From a virus (taxonomy: Duplodnaviria; Caudoviricetes): 64,000 nt of DNA. Shown here piece after piece: positions 9,967 through 17,461 of the stretch. The stretch lies in the IMG/VR virus record IMGVR_UViG_3300027759_003166; one strand, given 5' to 3'. Made by a program: the position numbers and the translations under genes. The first letter of the stretch is position 1. The number at the start of each line of letters is the position of its first letter. The notes under the pieces were generated by a model. That model saw only the letters and a list, made by a program, of their open reading frames with translations, had not been told where the DNA came from and ran no database searches.

Positions 9967-10079
9967 TACTTAACTTCTACAATATGATATTTTGAATAAG
10001 GATAGTTTTCATGTAACCATTCTAACAATCCAGGCTCATAGGGTAACTTAATGTCACCACGCAGGTTAGTAATGTACAT
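9966..10079 (-). CDS. Small hypothetical protein (37 aa)
   Basis: Manual translation MYITNLRGDIKLPYEPGLLEWLHENYPYSKYHIVEVK; overlaps the adjacent start and stop. Confidence 0.55.
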   Translation of the reverse strand: MYITNLRGDIKLPYEPGLLEWLHENYPYSKYHIVEVK

Positions 10080-10312
10080 TATACTATTCGACCAGTTACA
10101 TTATAAATTAAATCGTCCAATTGACGTTGATAGTCTTTACTGTTTCGGCGAAGCATCCAAATCTGTTCTACTAGTTCTTTACTATCATATATACCAGTAC
10201 CATTCATGCCCTGCCCACGATCTTCTAATTCCTCAATCAGATCCTCTGTTTCAAAATCTGTAAGATCAACCTCTACTTCAACTTCGGTATAAACGGTTTT
10301 ATACTTGCTCAT
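10079..10312 (-). CDS. Hypothetical protein
   Basis: 77-aa acidic ORF. Confidence 0.65.
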   Translation of the reverse strand: MSKYKTVYTEVEVEVDLTDFETEDLIEELEDRGQGMNGTGIYDSKELVEQIWMLRRNSKDYQRQLDDLIYNVTGRIV

Positions 10313-10472
10313 TGTTTGCCTCTTTCTTTATCATATCTAATGCGTAATTAAACCAACCAGTGAATCCTATAATCCAAGCTGATACTTCGTGATGATCCCA
10401 ATGCCACCATATCATTATAGCAGAGAATATAGTGATTGCAATTGCGACATATTTAAAAATTTTATCTACCAT
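10299..10472 (-). CDS. Small membrane protein (57 aa)
   Basis: Manual translation MVDKIFKYVAIAITIFSAIMIWWHWDHHEVSAWIIGFTGWFNYALDM... Confidence 0.55.
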   Translation of the reverse strand: MVDKIFKYVAIAITIFSAIMIWWHWDHHEVSAWIIGFTGWFNYALDMIKKEANNEQV

Positions 10473-10473
10473 A

Positions 10474-10671
10474 TTAAGCCATCCTATCTACGTTTTGTCC
10501 CGGACGATTCATTCGTCGATTCATTTCAATTCGTTTTTCTTCAGTGTCTTTTTGAACTTCTTTAGCATGACGTTGTTGTTGTAACATTTCGGCATGTCTT
10601 CGATCATCATTTATAATTTGTTGATGATGTTTATATTGGATTGCCTGTGCATTAAGTTTGCTAACATTCAT
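10474..10671 (-). CDS. Hypothetical protein
   Basis: 65-aa ORF just downstream of a promoter with AAAGGA SD. Confidence 0.6.
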   Translation of the reverse strand: MNVSKLNAQAIQYKHHQQIINDDRRHAEMLQQQRHAKEVQKDTEEKRIEMNRRMNRPGQNVDRMA

Positions 10672-10697
10672 AGTTTATGTCCTTTAAACATACTTAT

Positions 10698-10726
10698 ATT
10701 ATACAGTCAAAAAAAAACCCTGTCAA
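10698..10726 (-). promoter_or_regulatory. Sigma70 promoter
   Basis: TTGACA-17 bp-TATAAT. Confidence 0.85.
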
Positions 10727-10741
10727 CCTAAGTTGGCAGGG
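10709..10741 (-). terminator. Intrinsic terminator of the vWA gene, overlapping the next promoter
   Basis: CCCUGCCAAC/GUUGACAGGG stem, 4-nt loop, 9 U. Confidence 0.8.
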
Positions 10742-10765
10742 TTCAAAGTCATATTACTATAACTA

Positions 10766-12187
10766 TTACAGATCGTAGCGCGGAACTAGTACAGTCTTAC
10801 GCATGATGCCTTCTGGAGTGAATTGTTCAACATCCGCACCTAGCAAGCTAGCCATGATTGCTGGACTAAATCCACTTACAAGAGCGGCACCGCTCTTATC
10901 TGCCGCAACTGGTACGTTACCAGAACTGTTTAGGTTCCAGAAAACAACCTGTGGACAAGTGTATCCGGCTGCTTCAAACTTGCGTTCGATCATTTCCATC
11001 GCACTGTCATCGTGGCGAACACAGGCGTTAAATTGCATGTCGCTCAAGATCAAAACCATTGCTGGCATATCACTTTGAGGAGCATTGCCCTTAACTGCTA
11101 CACTTAGAATCTTTTCAAATGCTGCATGTAGATTTGTGCTCATACCCCAGTCGCTCTTGACCATTTGATTCATCTTTTGGACAATGTCGCCCCGAAGAGT
11201 CATCAATTGTGGCTTGTCACTGAATGTCAAGAAAGTGTCCTTGAACACACCCTTGTTCTTATCAGCCAAGTACAAGCCAAGGCTAACAGAAATATCCATA
11301 CAGGTAACACTACCCTTACCGCCCGCCGCACAACTCATAGAGCCGCTTACGTCTACTAGTGGTAGGATGCTAGCATCTCCAACGTAGTTTGGCAAGGCGT
11401 TCCATTGTGCAGTGATGTGATCCAATTCTGTCTTAGACAAAGTCGGACGCATGTATGCGTAAGCATTAACCAGTCCCTTCAACACATCGTGTGGGAAAAT
11501 AGCGTTAGCATTAACCTTCACACCTGCTTCGCCCTTGACCAGTGCAGCCACGTACTCAGCAAACTTAGGAGTGTGACGTCCAAAAGCCTTCTTGTAGTTA
11601 CGTGATGCCACGCTAGGTACGTGGTTGAAGTTGATGTTGTCCCAGTCATTGGCACACATTTGTGTTTCAACAACCTTGGTCAAAGCCACAAGACTCTTAC
11701 GGTAGAACTTTGGGCTCATACCGAAGAACTCACGGACTTCTGCTGCGATCTTGCCCTTACGTGGAGTCCACTTGGCAGCAAGGCCGTTACGAGCACGTAG
11801 AGCATCGCCCAACATGGTGTAAGCAGCAGCCTTCAATACAGGAGTAGTGAAGACAAAGATGTCATCCCAACGACCTACTTCAGGTACCTTCTTCAGCAAA
11901 GCCAAAGCGGCATCTGGGTCAGTCTTTTCTAGATGTACCAGAATTGAACGGAACAATTCCCGTTCGCCCGCTCCACCACGGACATCACGTGCCCATTGTG
12001 CGATACGTAGAGCCAAGTCGAAGTTTTCAACATAGGCCGCAGTAAATGCGGGTACAATGTTCTTACCACGGCTTGCGCCGATGTTGTAGAACAGATCAAC
12101 ACACTTGTTAGCGGTTGATTCACAAGCCTTCATACCATTAGCGGTACGGGCTTCTTGGTTAGCGATTGCGGTTACGAATGCGTTCAT
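10766..12187 (-). CDS. TROVE/Ro60-like protein with a C-terminal vWA domain (DUF2828 type)
   Basis: ARDVRGGAGER, VGRWDD, AAKWTPR; MIDAS DVSGSM; LILSDMQF; VVFWNL. Confidence 0.85.
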   Translation of the reverse strand: MNAFVTAIANQEARTANGMKACESTANKCVDLFYNIGASRGKNIVPAFTAAYVENFDLALRIAQWARDVRGGAGERELFRSILVHLEKTDPDAALALLKKVPEVGRWDDIFVFTTPVLKAAAYTMLGDALRARNGLAAKWTPRKGKIAAEVREFFGMSPKFYRKSLVALTKVVETQMCANDWDNINFNHVPSVASRNYKKAFGRHTPKFAEYVAALVKGEAGVKVNANAIFPHDVLKGLVNAYAYMRPTLSKTELDHITAQWNALPNYVGDASILPLVDVSGSMSCAAGGKGSVTCMDISVSLGLYLADKNKGVFKDTFLTFSDKPQLMTLRGDIVQKMNQMVKSDWGMSTNLHAAFEKILSVAVKGNAPQSDMPAMVLILSDMQFNACVRHDDSAMEMIERKFEAAGYTCPQVVFWNLNSSGNVPVAADKSGAALVSGFSPAIMASLLGADVEQFTPEGIMRKTVLVPRYDL

Positions 12188-12201
12188 TTTAATTTACCTT
12201 T

Positions 12202-12257
12202 CAGAATGTATTTTATTTTCGATATAATTGAAATATAAGATTGCTGTTAACATTCTA
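12202..12257 (-). ncRNA. Family-A structured RNA A1 (in the vWA 5' UTR)
   Basis: UAGAAUGU/ACAUUCUG stem, UAACAGCAA, AUAU-UUCAAUU-AUAU T-loop hairpin. Confidence 0.65.
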
Positions 12258-12265
12258 TTATTCAA

Positions 12266-12370
12266 CAGGATAGTTGTGCCACTTTTTACTGATGTAGCCA
12301 ACAGTTTGATAGGCTGTGAAGTTATCTCTGCCCATCAGTTCATGTAATATGAGTTGCTGAACCTATCCTA
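12266..12370 (-). ncRNA. Family-A structured RNA A2
   Basis: UAGGAUAG/CUAUCCUG stem, UUCAGCAA, internal ACUGAUG/CAUCAGU helix. Confidence 0.65.
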
Positions 12371-12403
12371 AAACTTACTAACAAGTTTCCTTGCTATGTA
12401 TAT

Positions 12404-12432
12404 ATTGTATAACAAAACTCAAGTCTTGTCAA
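12404..12432 (-). promoter_or_regulatory. Sigma70 promoter for the vWA gene
   Basis: TTGACA-17 bp-TACAAT. Confidence 0.8.
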
Positions 12433-12447
12433 TACAATTTGGAAAAG

Positions 12448-12526
12448 CAGGATACCATTATTTTTGGAATTGAACCAAATATCGCATGAAGCGAATTAAC
12501 CAAAGGTTATTGCTGTTAGTATCCTA
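12448..12526 (-). ncRNA. Family-A structured RNA A3 (cloverleaf-like interior)
   Basis: UAGGAUAC/GUAUCCUG stem, UAACAGCAA, three hairpins including UUUGG-UUCAAUU-CCAAA. Confidence 0.7.
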
Positions 12527-12530
12527 AAAT

Positions 12531-12609
12531 TGGATGCGGAGGATGGATTCGAACCACCGATCTGAAGCTTATGAGACTTCCGGGGACGACCAGACTCCCC
12601 CACTCCGCT
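12531..12609 (-). tRNA. trnM: tRNA-Met(CAU), initiator-like
   Basis: Loop CUCAUAA; 1:72 mismatch; R11:Y24; encoded CCA. Confidence 0.8.
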
Positions 12610-12665
12610 GTATTTGGGACACACTACTTTGCCTATTTTACGCCGTGTGCCATGGCGAGATCTTT

Positions 12666-12926
12666 TTATCCAGTACGGTGGATCAAATGATAACCAAACT
12701 GAGTTTGTACAGGTTGACTAATGGCGCCAATTGGAGTTGCCAATGTAGCATCTTCAAATGGTTTAACCATCATGCCTGGTCCAAAATCTCCAAGGTCTCC
12801 GCCGTTGGCTTTACTAGGACATGAACTATATTTCTGTGCCAATTGACCAAAATTTGAAGTATCGGCTTCGGCCAAAATGGCATGTGCTTGTTCTACTGAA
12901 TTTACTAAAATATGACTTGCTTTCAT
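12666..12926 (-). CDS. ppiC: Parvulin peptidyl-prolyl isomerase (start refined to 12926)
   Basis: MKASHILV...FGQLAQKYSSCPSKANGGDLG.F.PGMMVKPFE...TQFGYHLI. Confidence 0.9.
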   Translation of the reverse strand: MKASHILVNSVEQAHAILAEADTSNFGQLAQKYSSCPSKANGGDLGDFGPGMMVKPFEDATLATPIGAISQPVQTQFGYHLIHRTG

Positions 12927-12946
12927 TTTTTCCTCTTTATAAAAAT

Positions 12947-13020
12947 TGGTCTCGGTAGCAGGAATCGAACCTACGCTCCTGCGTCCCAAACGCAGAGTGA
13001 TACCATTTCACCATACCGAG
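12947..13020 (-). tRNA. trnP: tRNA-Pro(UGG)
   Basis: CUGCG-UUUGGGA-CGCAG anticodon arm, CCA. Confidence 0.95.
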
Positions 13021-13025
13021 AATAA

Positions 13026-13107
13026 ACTGGTGGGCAGGACTTGAACCTGCTTCGTCTTGCGACTACCGAGTATGTTTCAACTCCGCCTTTCCCCTTTCAG
13101 GCCAGTT
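13026..13107 (-). ncRNA. Degenerate tRNA-like element
   Basis: Perfect T arm GCAGG-UUCAAGU-CCUGC, GUC-GCAA-GAC variable arm, 8-nt loop, AACUGG/CCAGUU closing stem; no normal acceptor end. Confidence 0.5.
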
Positions 13108-13348
13108 AATCTTTTTTCTTCCTTAACTTCATTCCAACAAACGTGCCACAAAATGCGCCAAGACATGCTGGAATAAGCAGCATATGATCACTAGTATAGT
13201 TGATTACTGCAATACTTGCAATGAAAAAAACTACCACTGACCATACGCTTGATTTAAGTACTTCATCATTTTGTACTGCTCGTAGATAATATGTATAAAA
13301 CACATCAGTGAAAAACAGTGCGAAAAATGTTGTTATGTATTCAATCAT
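13106..13348 (-). CDS. Small membrane protein
   Basis: Three hydrophobic segments and a basic tail. Confidence 0.7.
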   Translation of the reverse strand: MIEYITTFFALFFTDVFYTYYLRAVQNDEVLKSSVWSVVVFFIASIAVINYTSDHMLLIPACLGAFCGTFVGMKLRKKKD

Positions 13349-13355
13349 AAATGTT

Positions 13356-13431
13356 TGGTAGGACGTGACGGGTTCGAACCGCCGACAGCCTGAATGTAAA
13401 TCAGGAACTCTACCAACTGAGTTAACGTCCT
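13356..13431 (-). tRNA. trnV: tRNA-Val(UAC)
   Basis: CCUGA-UUUACAU-UCAGG, CCA. Confidence 0.95.
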
Positions 13432-13472
13432 ATATTTGGTCTAACTAAAGTTTTATTTAATAAATATTTTCC

Positions 13473-13751
13473 ATGCTACAAAAAAAAGAACGCATACCAT
13501 TAAATCTACGCCGTAGAGTCATTGAACGCGATGGCTTCTATTGTGTCTATTGCGATGATGATCTCCGCGATGGTGAAATACACATGGATCATGTTATTCC
13601 AGAATCTCGTGGAGGCGAAACGTCATACAATAATCTTCAGGTAACTTGTAGAAAATGTAACCTGGCTAAAGGTACATTGTCCGAAGATGAATTTACTCGA
13701 AAGCTCAGAACACGAGCACTAAACATATTGAATAGAATTGGAGCGGGATAG
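13473..13751 (+). CDS. HNH endonuclease, antisense within the tRNA array
   Basis: CVYC...HMDHVIPESRGG....NLQVTCRKCNLAKG; ATAAATA box upstream. Confidence 0.9.
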   Translation: MLQKKERIPLNLRRRVIERDGFYCVYCDDDLRDGEIHMDHVIPESRGGETSYNNLQVTCRKCNLAKGTLSEDEFTRKLRTRALNILNRIGAG

Positions 13752-13812
13752 GAGAATCAAACTCCTGACCGAGGATTGGAAATCCGCTATTTTATCATTA
13801 AACTAATCCCGC
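13739..13812 (-). tRNA. trnG: tRNA-Gly(UCC)
   Basis: Loop UUUCCAA, GCGGGAU acceptor, CCA; T loop UUUGAUU. Confidence 0.85.
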
Positions 13813-13818
13813 ACAAAT

Positions 13819-13962
13819 TGGTGGAGAACATTTTTGAGGTATCCCCTATGAAGCAGATCACTGCTCACCTGTTACATTGCTGTCGTGTACTATTACCTGC
13901 CCTAAGGATTAGGTACCTACCTTAGCGACTCATACCGGCGAACGTAACCTCGCCTCTGTTCC
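13819..13962 (-). ncRNA. 144-nt multi-hairpin RNA ending in CCACCA and containing ACAGCAA
   Basis: GGAACA/UGUUCU and GAGG/CCUC closing helices plus four internal hairpins; begins directly after the tRNA-Thr CCA. Confidence 0.6.
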
Positions 13963-14045
13963 TGGTGCTGGAAGTGAGACTCGAACTCACGGAGGTTTCC
14001 CGACGGCTTACAAAACCGTTGCAATTGCCACTATGCGACTCCAGC
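13963..14045 (-). tRNA. trnT: tRNA-Thr(UGU) with a long variable arm
   Basis: ACGGU-UUUGUAA-GCCGU; 12-nt variable region CGGGAAACCUCC; G1-C72, C2-G71, A73. Confidence 0.8.
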
Positions 14046-14053
14046 TTTATTTA

Positions 14054-14230
14054 CTATCCACCTTGTTCACTATCTCGAACTTGTGATTGTTGTTCTTCAA
14101 CTAACCTAAATGCTTCATCTTCATTTTGAGCATCCTCAACTTCACGCGGATCAGGTTTGCGGAAGATAGCATCATAGTTTGAGCTAAACTTATTCAAGTC
14201 AGTTGGTCGTTGTCTTGAACCTTTGCTCAT
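14054..14230 (-). CDS. Small hypothetical protein (58 aa)
   Basis: Manual translation MSKGSRQRPTDLNKFSSNYDAIFRK...; GGAAGG SD. Confidence 0.65.
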   Translation of the reverse strand: MSKGSRQRPTDLNKFSSNYDAIFRKPDPREVEDAQNEDEAFRLVEEQQSQVRDSEQGG

Positions 14231-14231
14231 A

Positions 14232-14456
14232 TCAACGTACCTTCCTTAGGTAATCACGTCCAATATGTCCTGCTTCAATTTCTTGTAGAGCTGTGACAAT
14301 ATGGCTGTTAGGTGAAATGACCATTTTTCTATTACCACGGCCTTGCTTCAACTCACGTGCTCGAACAGCAGCGATTAAAACTAGATCAAATCTGTTGCCA
14401 ACATTGGCCACACATTTTTCTGTATCCACGGAATTAACAAAATCTGGAGTTTTCAT
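14232..14456 (-). CDS. rpoZ: RNA polymerase omega subunit homolog
   Basis: VGNRFDLVLIAAVRARELKQG...IVTALQEIEAG matches the omega signature. Confidence 0.9.
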   Translation of the reverse strand: MKTPDFVNSVDTEKCVANVGNRFDLVLIAAVRARELKQGRGNRKMVISPNSHIVTALQEIEAGHIGRDYLRKVR

Positions 14457-14629
14457 TATTCACCTCGGTTATTACGTTCTTTGGAACTTTTGACAATGGT
14501 ATTACCCATTACTTGAGATTCGATCATCATGTGACGAAATCCGTCTCGTTGATCTTGATCTTTAAAAGGCATCAAGGCCAGGAAACGTTTAGCCTGTTTA
14601 CTCAAACGAAATGCTGCGTTAGTTTTCAT
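14456..14629 (-). CDS. Small basic hypothetical protein (57 aa)
   Basis: Manual translation MKTNAAFRLSKQAKRFLALMPFKDQDQRDGFRHMMIESQV...; AAGGA SD. Confidence 0.6.
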   Translation of the reverse strand: MKTNAAFRLSKQAKRFLALMPFKDQDQRDGFRHMMIESQVMGNTIVKSSKERNNRGE

Positions 14630-14652
14630 ACTTTCCTTTTATTAAAAAACTT

Positions 14653-14736
14653 TGGTGCCCCAGGTCGGACTCGAACCGACACGCCTTTCGACACGAGCTT
14701 CTAAGGCTCGCATGGCTACCATTACATCACCGGGGC
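14653..14736 (-). tRNA. trnL: tRNA-Leu(UAG)
   Basis: CGAGC-CUUAGAA-GCUCG, long variable arm. Confidence 0.95.
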
Positions 14737-14779
14737 ATACTCTTACTATACAATCTATTTTACAGACTGTCAACTATTA

Positions 14780-14854
14780 TGGTGCGACGTGTTGGGAACG
14801 ATCCAACGGCCAAGAAATTATGAGTTTCCTGCTCTACCACTGAGCTAACGTCGC
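14780..14854 (-). tRNA. tRNA(CAU), elongator Met or Ile2
   Basis: Loop CUCAUAA; atypical T loop AUCGUUC. Confidence 0.8.
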
Positions 14855-14863
14855 ACTATTCTT

Positions 14864-14938
14864 TGGTCCGGCGTGCAGGAATCGAACCCACGTTTAGGGA
14901 GTAGAAATCCCCTGTATTTTCCACTATACGAACGCCAG
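14864..14938 (-). tRNA. trnR: tRNA-Arg(UCU)
   Basis: Loop UUUCUAC, CCA. Confidence 0.9.
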
Positions 14939-14945
14939 GAAATCG

Positions 14946-15033
14946 CATATAGAAACACACTGATGTCCTGTAGCTTTAACAGGCCCTAGACTTTTTCAAG
15001 TCTCGCAGTCACACTTCAATGTATTTTTATATA
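14946..15033 (-). ncRNA. Family-B long-stem RNA B1
   Basis: UAUAUAAAAAUACAUUGA/UCAGUGUGUUUCUAUAUG 18-bp stem; two internal hairpins. Confidence 0.65.
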
Positions 15034-15034
15034 C

Positions 15035-15155
15035 CATATTAAAACATACTCCCAACAAGTGTCTTACGCTTGTTGTACCGTGTGCTATGCACATTCTCCG
15101 TATCAAAGGACTCCCTCGGGTTAGGGCAACATAGACGAAAGTATGTTTTAATATG
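15035..15155 (-). ncRNA. Family-B long-stem RNA B2
   Basis: Perfect 16-bp CAUAUUAAAACAUACU/AGUAUGUUUUAAUAUG stem; three internal hairpins; starts at the tRNA-Leu CCA. Confidence 0.65.
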
Positions 15156-15239
15156 GTGCGACTGGCCGGACTCGAACCGGCACGCCCAAGAGCGAGGGAT
15201 TTTAAATCCCTTGCGGCTACCAAATTACGCCACAGTCGC
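15154..15239 (-). tRNA. trnL: tRNA-Leu(UAA)
   Basis: AGGGA-UUUAAAA-UCCCU, long variable arm. Confidence 0.95.
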
Positions 15240-15292
15240 AAAATACTTTTTAACTTTTAAAGAACAGTGTTAATTGCTTAACGTATGCATAT

Positions 15293-15321
15293 AGTATAAC
15301 ATCATTTACTCTATGTGTCAA
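15293..15321 (-). promoter_or_regulatory. Internal sigma70 promoter followed by a boxA-like sequence
   Basis: TTGACA-17 bp-TATACT; downstream TGTTCTTTAAAA at about 15256-15267. Confidence 0.7.
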
Positions 15322-15322
15322 G

Positions 15323-15396
15323 TGGTTCTCCTAACAAGAATCGAACTTGTAATTGCACTTTACCGAAGTGCTGGTATGCCATTTACCTATAGGAGA
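15323..15396 (-). tRNA. trnT: tRNA-Thr(GGU), atypical C33
   Basis: GCACU-UCGGUAA-AGUGC, C2-G71, CCA. Confidence 0.7.
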
Positions 15397-15400
15397 GTAT

Positions 15401-15475
15401 TGGCGGGCCTTGAGAGGATCGAACTCCCACCCTCGGTTTCGAAGACCGAGATGATATCCATTTCACCAAAGGCCC
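15401..15475 (-). tRNA. trnR: tRNA-Arg(UCG)
   Basis: UCGGU-CUUCGAA-ACCGA. Confidence 0.9.
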
Positions 15476-15551
15476 TGGTGGTAGAGGTGGGACTCGAACC
15501 CACGATCTTTTCCGTATGAAGGAACTGCATTAGCCGCTATGCTACTCTACC
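15476..15551 (-). tRNA. tRNA(CAU), probably Ile2 (lysidine) or Met
   Basis: Loop UUCAUAC, CCA. Confidence 0.8.
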
Positions 15552-15554
15552 ATA

Positions 15555-16217
15555 TTATTTTCTAATACAAATTAGATCACTTTCACCAAAGGGATGCGGA
15601 TCTCTTGTTTTAAGAAATTCTGTTTCAAACCCTTGTTGATGGATCCATGATTCAAGATCACTTTTTGGAGCGTGACCCTTATAGTAAGGTTTTAATGCAG
15701 CTTCTGTATGCATTAGTTTAACATCATCGATGAATTTCCCCATACCTTGCAATGCTTTTAATTCATTACCTTGTACATCCATCCAAACAGCATCTACCTT
15801 ATCGACACCAATTTCTGTTAAAACATCATCTATACGTCTTGCTCTAATGCCGGATAATTTTTGAAAGGTACATGGTCTGTGTCCATTCTGCCATCCTGCA
15901 TCTAAGAAATCCTCTGCTGGTTCTAAAATAGAGGATGCACCAACATTTTCATTAACTATCCAAAAATCTACAATATCTTCTTTATCATTACAGGCATATT
16001 CATATACCTCAATGTTAGGATAATTTTTTCCTGCTGCTACACAAATAGGAAACTGATTAGGATTTGGTTCAAATGCAATTATTCTAGTATTAGGAAATGC
16101 CTCAGACATCTGTACACTTTCTTCTAGGTCTCTGCTACCTACATCTAAAATAACTTGTGGGCCTTGATTTCCATAAATTTCTTTTAGTTGTTCTATAAAA
16201 TCACCTGCTACTGCCAT
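15555..16217 (-). CDS. FkbM family methyltransferase
   Basis: ILDVGS, AFEPNP, VWMDVQGNELKALQG. Confidence 0.85.
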   Translation of the reverse strand: MAVAGDFIEQLKEIYGNQGPQVILDVGSRDLEESVQMSEAFPNTRIIAFEPNPNQFPICVAAGKNYPNIEVYEYACNDKEDIVDFWIVNENVGASSILEPAEDFLDAGWQNGHRPCTFQKLSGIRARRIDDVLTEIGVDKVDAVWMDVQGNELKALQGMGKFIDDVKLMHTEAALKPYYKGHAPKSDLESWIHQQGFETEFLKTRDPHPFGESDLICIRK

Positions 16218-16289
16218 AATATTTCTCCATTAAAAGTTTATTATACTGGATATTATTTAATAGTCAACCGTTATCATAGACTGGGTAAT

Positions 16290-16365
16290 TGGTGCAACCT
16301 CCAGGGATCGAACCTGGGACGCCAAACTCTTCAGGCTTGCGCTCTACCAACTGAGCTAAGGTTGC
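16290..16365 (-). tRNA. trnF: tRNA-Phe(GAA)
   Basis: Loop CUGAAGA, CCA. Confidence 0.95.
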
Positions 16366-16386
16366 AAATTATGTTAGAGAAACAAT

Positions 16387-17007
16387 CTATGCTCTTATAA
16401 GTTTAAAAAATTGATTATCACCGCTATTATGACATCCATCAAAAATAAAATGAGTATTCCAATCACCGATGCGATGACTTACATGTCTATACATTGGGTG
16501 CATATCATAATTGTCTCTATAAGGACAAAGATTTTCTCTATTAATTGCTTCAATAAATTGAAATAAGTATTTTTTAGGAAACGCATATAATGCATCTCCT
16601 ACAAACCGATCATTGGTCCAAAATGGTTCAATTTCTTTAAAAAGGAAATTAAATTTATTATAGTCTATATTCCAAGTGTTAACTGGAGTATTGAAATGAA
16701 TATCATATCTAGTAGCAATAATAAAATCTAAATCTTCGTAGATCAATTCTTCCATACTACGCTTATAGGTAGTACGAATCTGACTTCCTTGATATGGGAT
16801 AATAACAGCCTTAGATGCATTGTAATGCTCTATCATTCCTGTTAGTTCAGGATGTGGATATGTTGTGAGATAAACCCCTGCATTAGGAATAACATTAATA
16901 AGTTTTTCTTTTATGTTATCTTTTGCCAGCTTCCAATCTCGATCAGCTTTGGCTGTTCCTACTGCCTGTCCCCACGCGGCACCTGTTAATACTATTCCTA
17001 TTTTCAT
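16387..17007 (-). CDS. Hypothetical glycosyltransferase-associated protein (MKI.....G...R.D family)
   Basis: Similar to 26457, 27843 and 34551; YDxII..RxD motif. Confidence 0.6.
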   Translation of the reverse strand: MKIGIVLTGAAWGQAVGTAKADRDWKLAKDNIKEKLINVIPNAGVYLTTYPHPELTGMIEHYNASKAVIIPYQGSQIRTTYKRSMEELIYEDLDFIIATRYDIHFNTPVNTWNIDYNKFNFLFKEIEPFWTNDRFVGDALYAFPKKYLFQFIEAINRENLCPYRDNYDMHPMYRHVSHRIGDWNTHFIFDGCHNSGDNQFFKLIRA

Positions 17008-17019
17008 TTATGTTTAATC

Positions 17020-17095
17020 TGGAGCGGGTGATCGGAGTCGAACCGACGACAATCACGTTGGCAACGTGGCGCTCTACCAGCTGAGCTACACCCGC
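17020..17095 (-). tRNA. trnG: tRNA-Gly(GCC)
   Basis: Loop UUGCCAA. Confidence 0.95.
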
Positions 17096-17118
17096 ATAAT
17101 TTTATTTACTATCTTAGT

Positions 17119-17196
17119 TGGAGTGCCGGGTCGGATTTGAACCGACGGTTTGACAGTTTTGCAGACTGTTGCGTTGGGCCTCTCCGCCACCGACAC
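17119..17196 (-). tRNA. trnC: tRNA-Cys(GCA)
   Basis: ACAGU-CUGCAAA-ACUGU, U73. Confidence 0.95.
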
Positions 17197-17203
17197 ACTT
17201 ATT

Positions 17204-17278
17204 TGGCGGGCCGCCTAGGACTCGAACCCAGACTTAACAGATTTGGAATCTGCGGTGCAGCCATTACACTAACGACCC
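17204..17278 (-). tRNA. trnW: tRNA-Trp(CCA)
   Basis: Loop UUCCAAA, G73. Confidence 0.9.
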
Positions 17279-17461
17279 TTTTTTCTTTTGAGGAAGTCCA
17301 CCTTTGGACCACTCTGTATTTTCGTATATTGCTAACTCATCTTTTGATATTCGTTTAGCAATAATACCATTGTTTATTAATATTGTTCCTATATTAGCCT
17401 CTGCTACTAGGGATACATATATTTGTTTTATGCAGGTTCTACAAGAAAATTCTTGTACCAT
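17264..17461 (-). CDS. Hypothetical protein
   Basis: 65-aa ORF with a CxxC motif; overlaps neighbours slightly. Confidence 0.4.
   Translation of the reverse strand: MVQEFSCRTCIKQIYVSLVAEANIGTILINNGIIAKRISKDELAIYENTEWSKGGLPQKKKGSLV

Noticed and set aside
13026-13107. Selenocysteine or pyrrolysine tRNA
   Set aside because: There is no UCA or CUA anticodon and no 8/5 or 9/4 acceptor-T fold.
14653-15239. Nonsense-suppressor tRNAs or stop-codon recoding
   Set aside because: Anticodons UAG and UAA read Leu codons CUA and UUA. No CUA, UUA or UCA anticodon was found and known genes are intact under the standard code.
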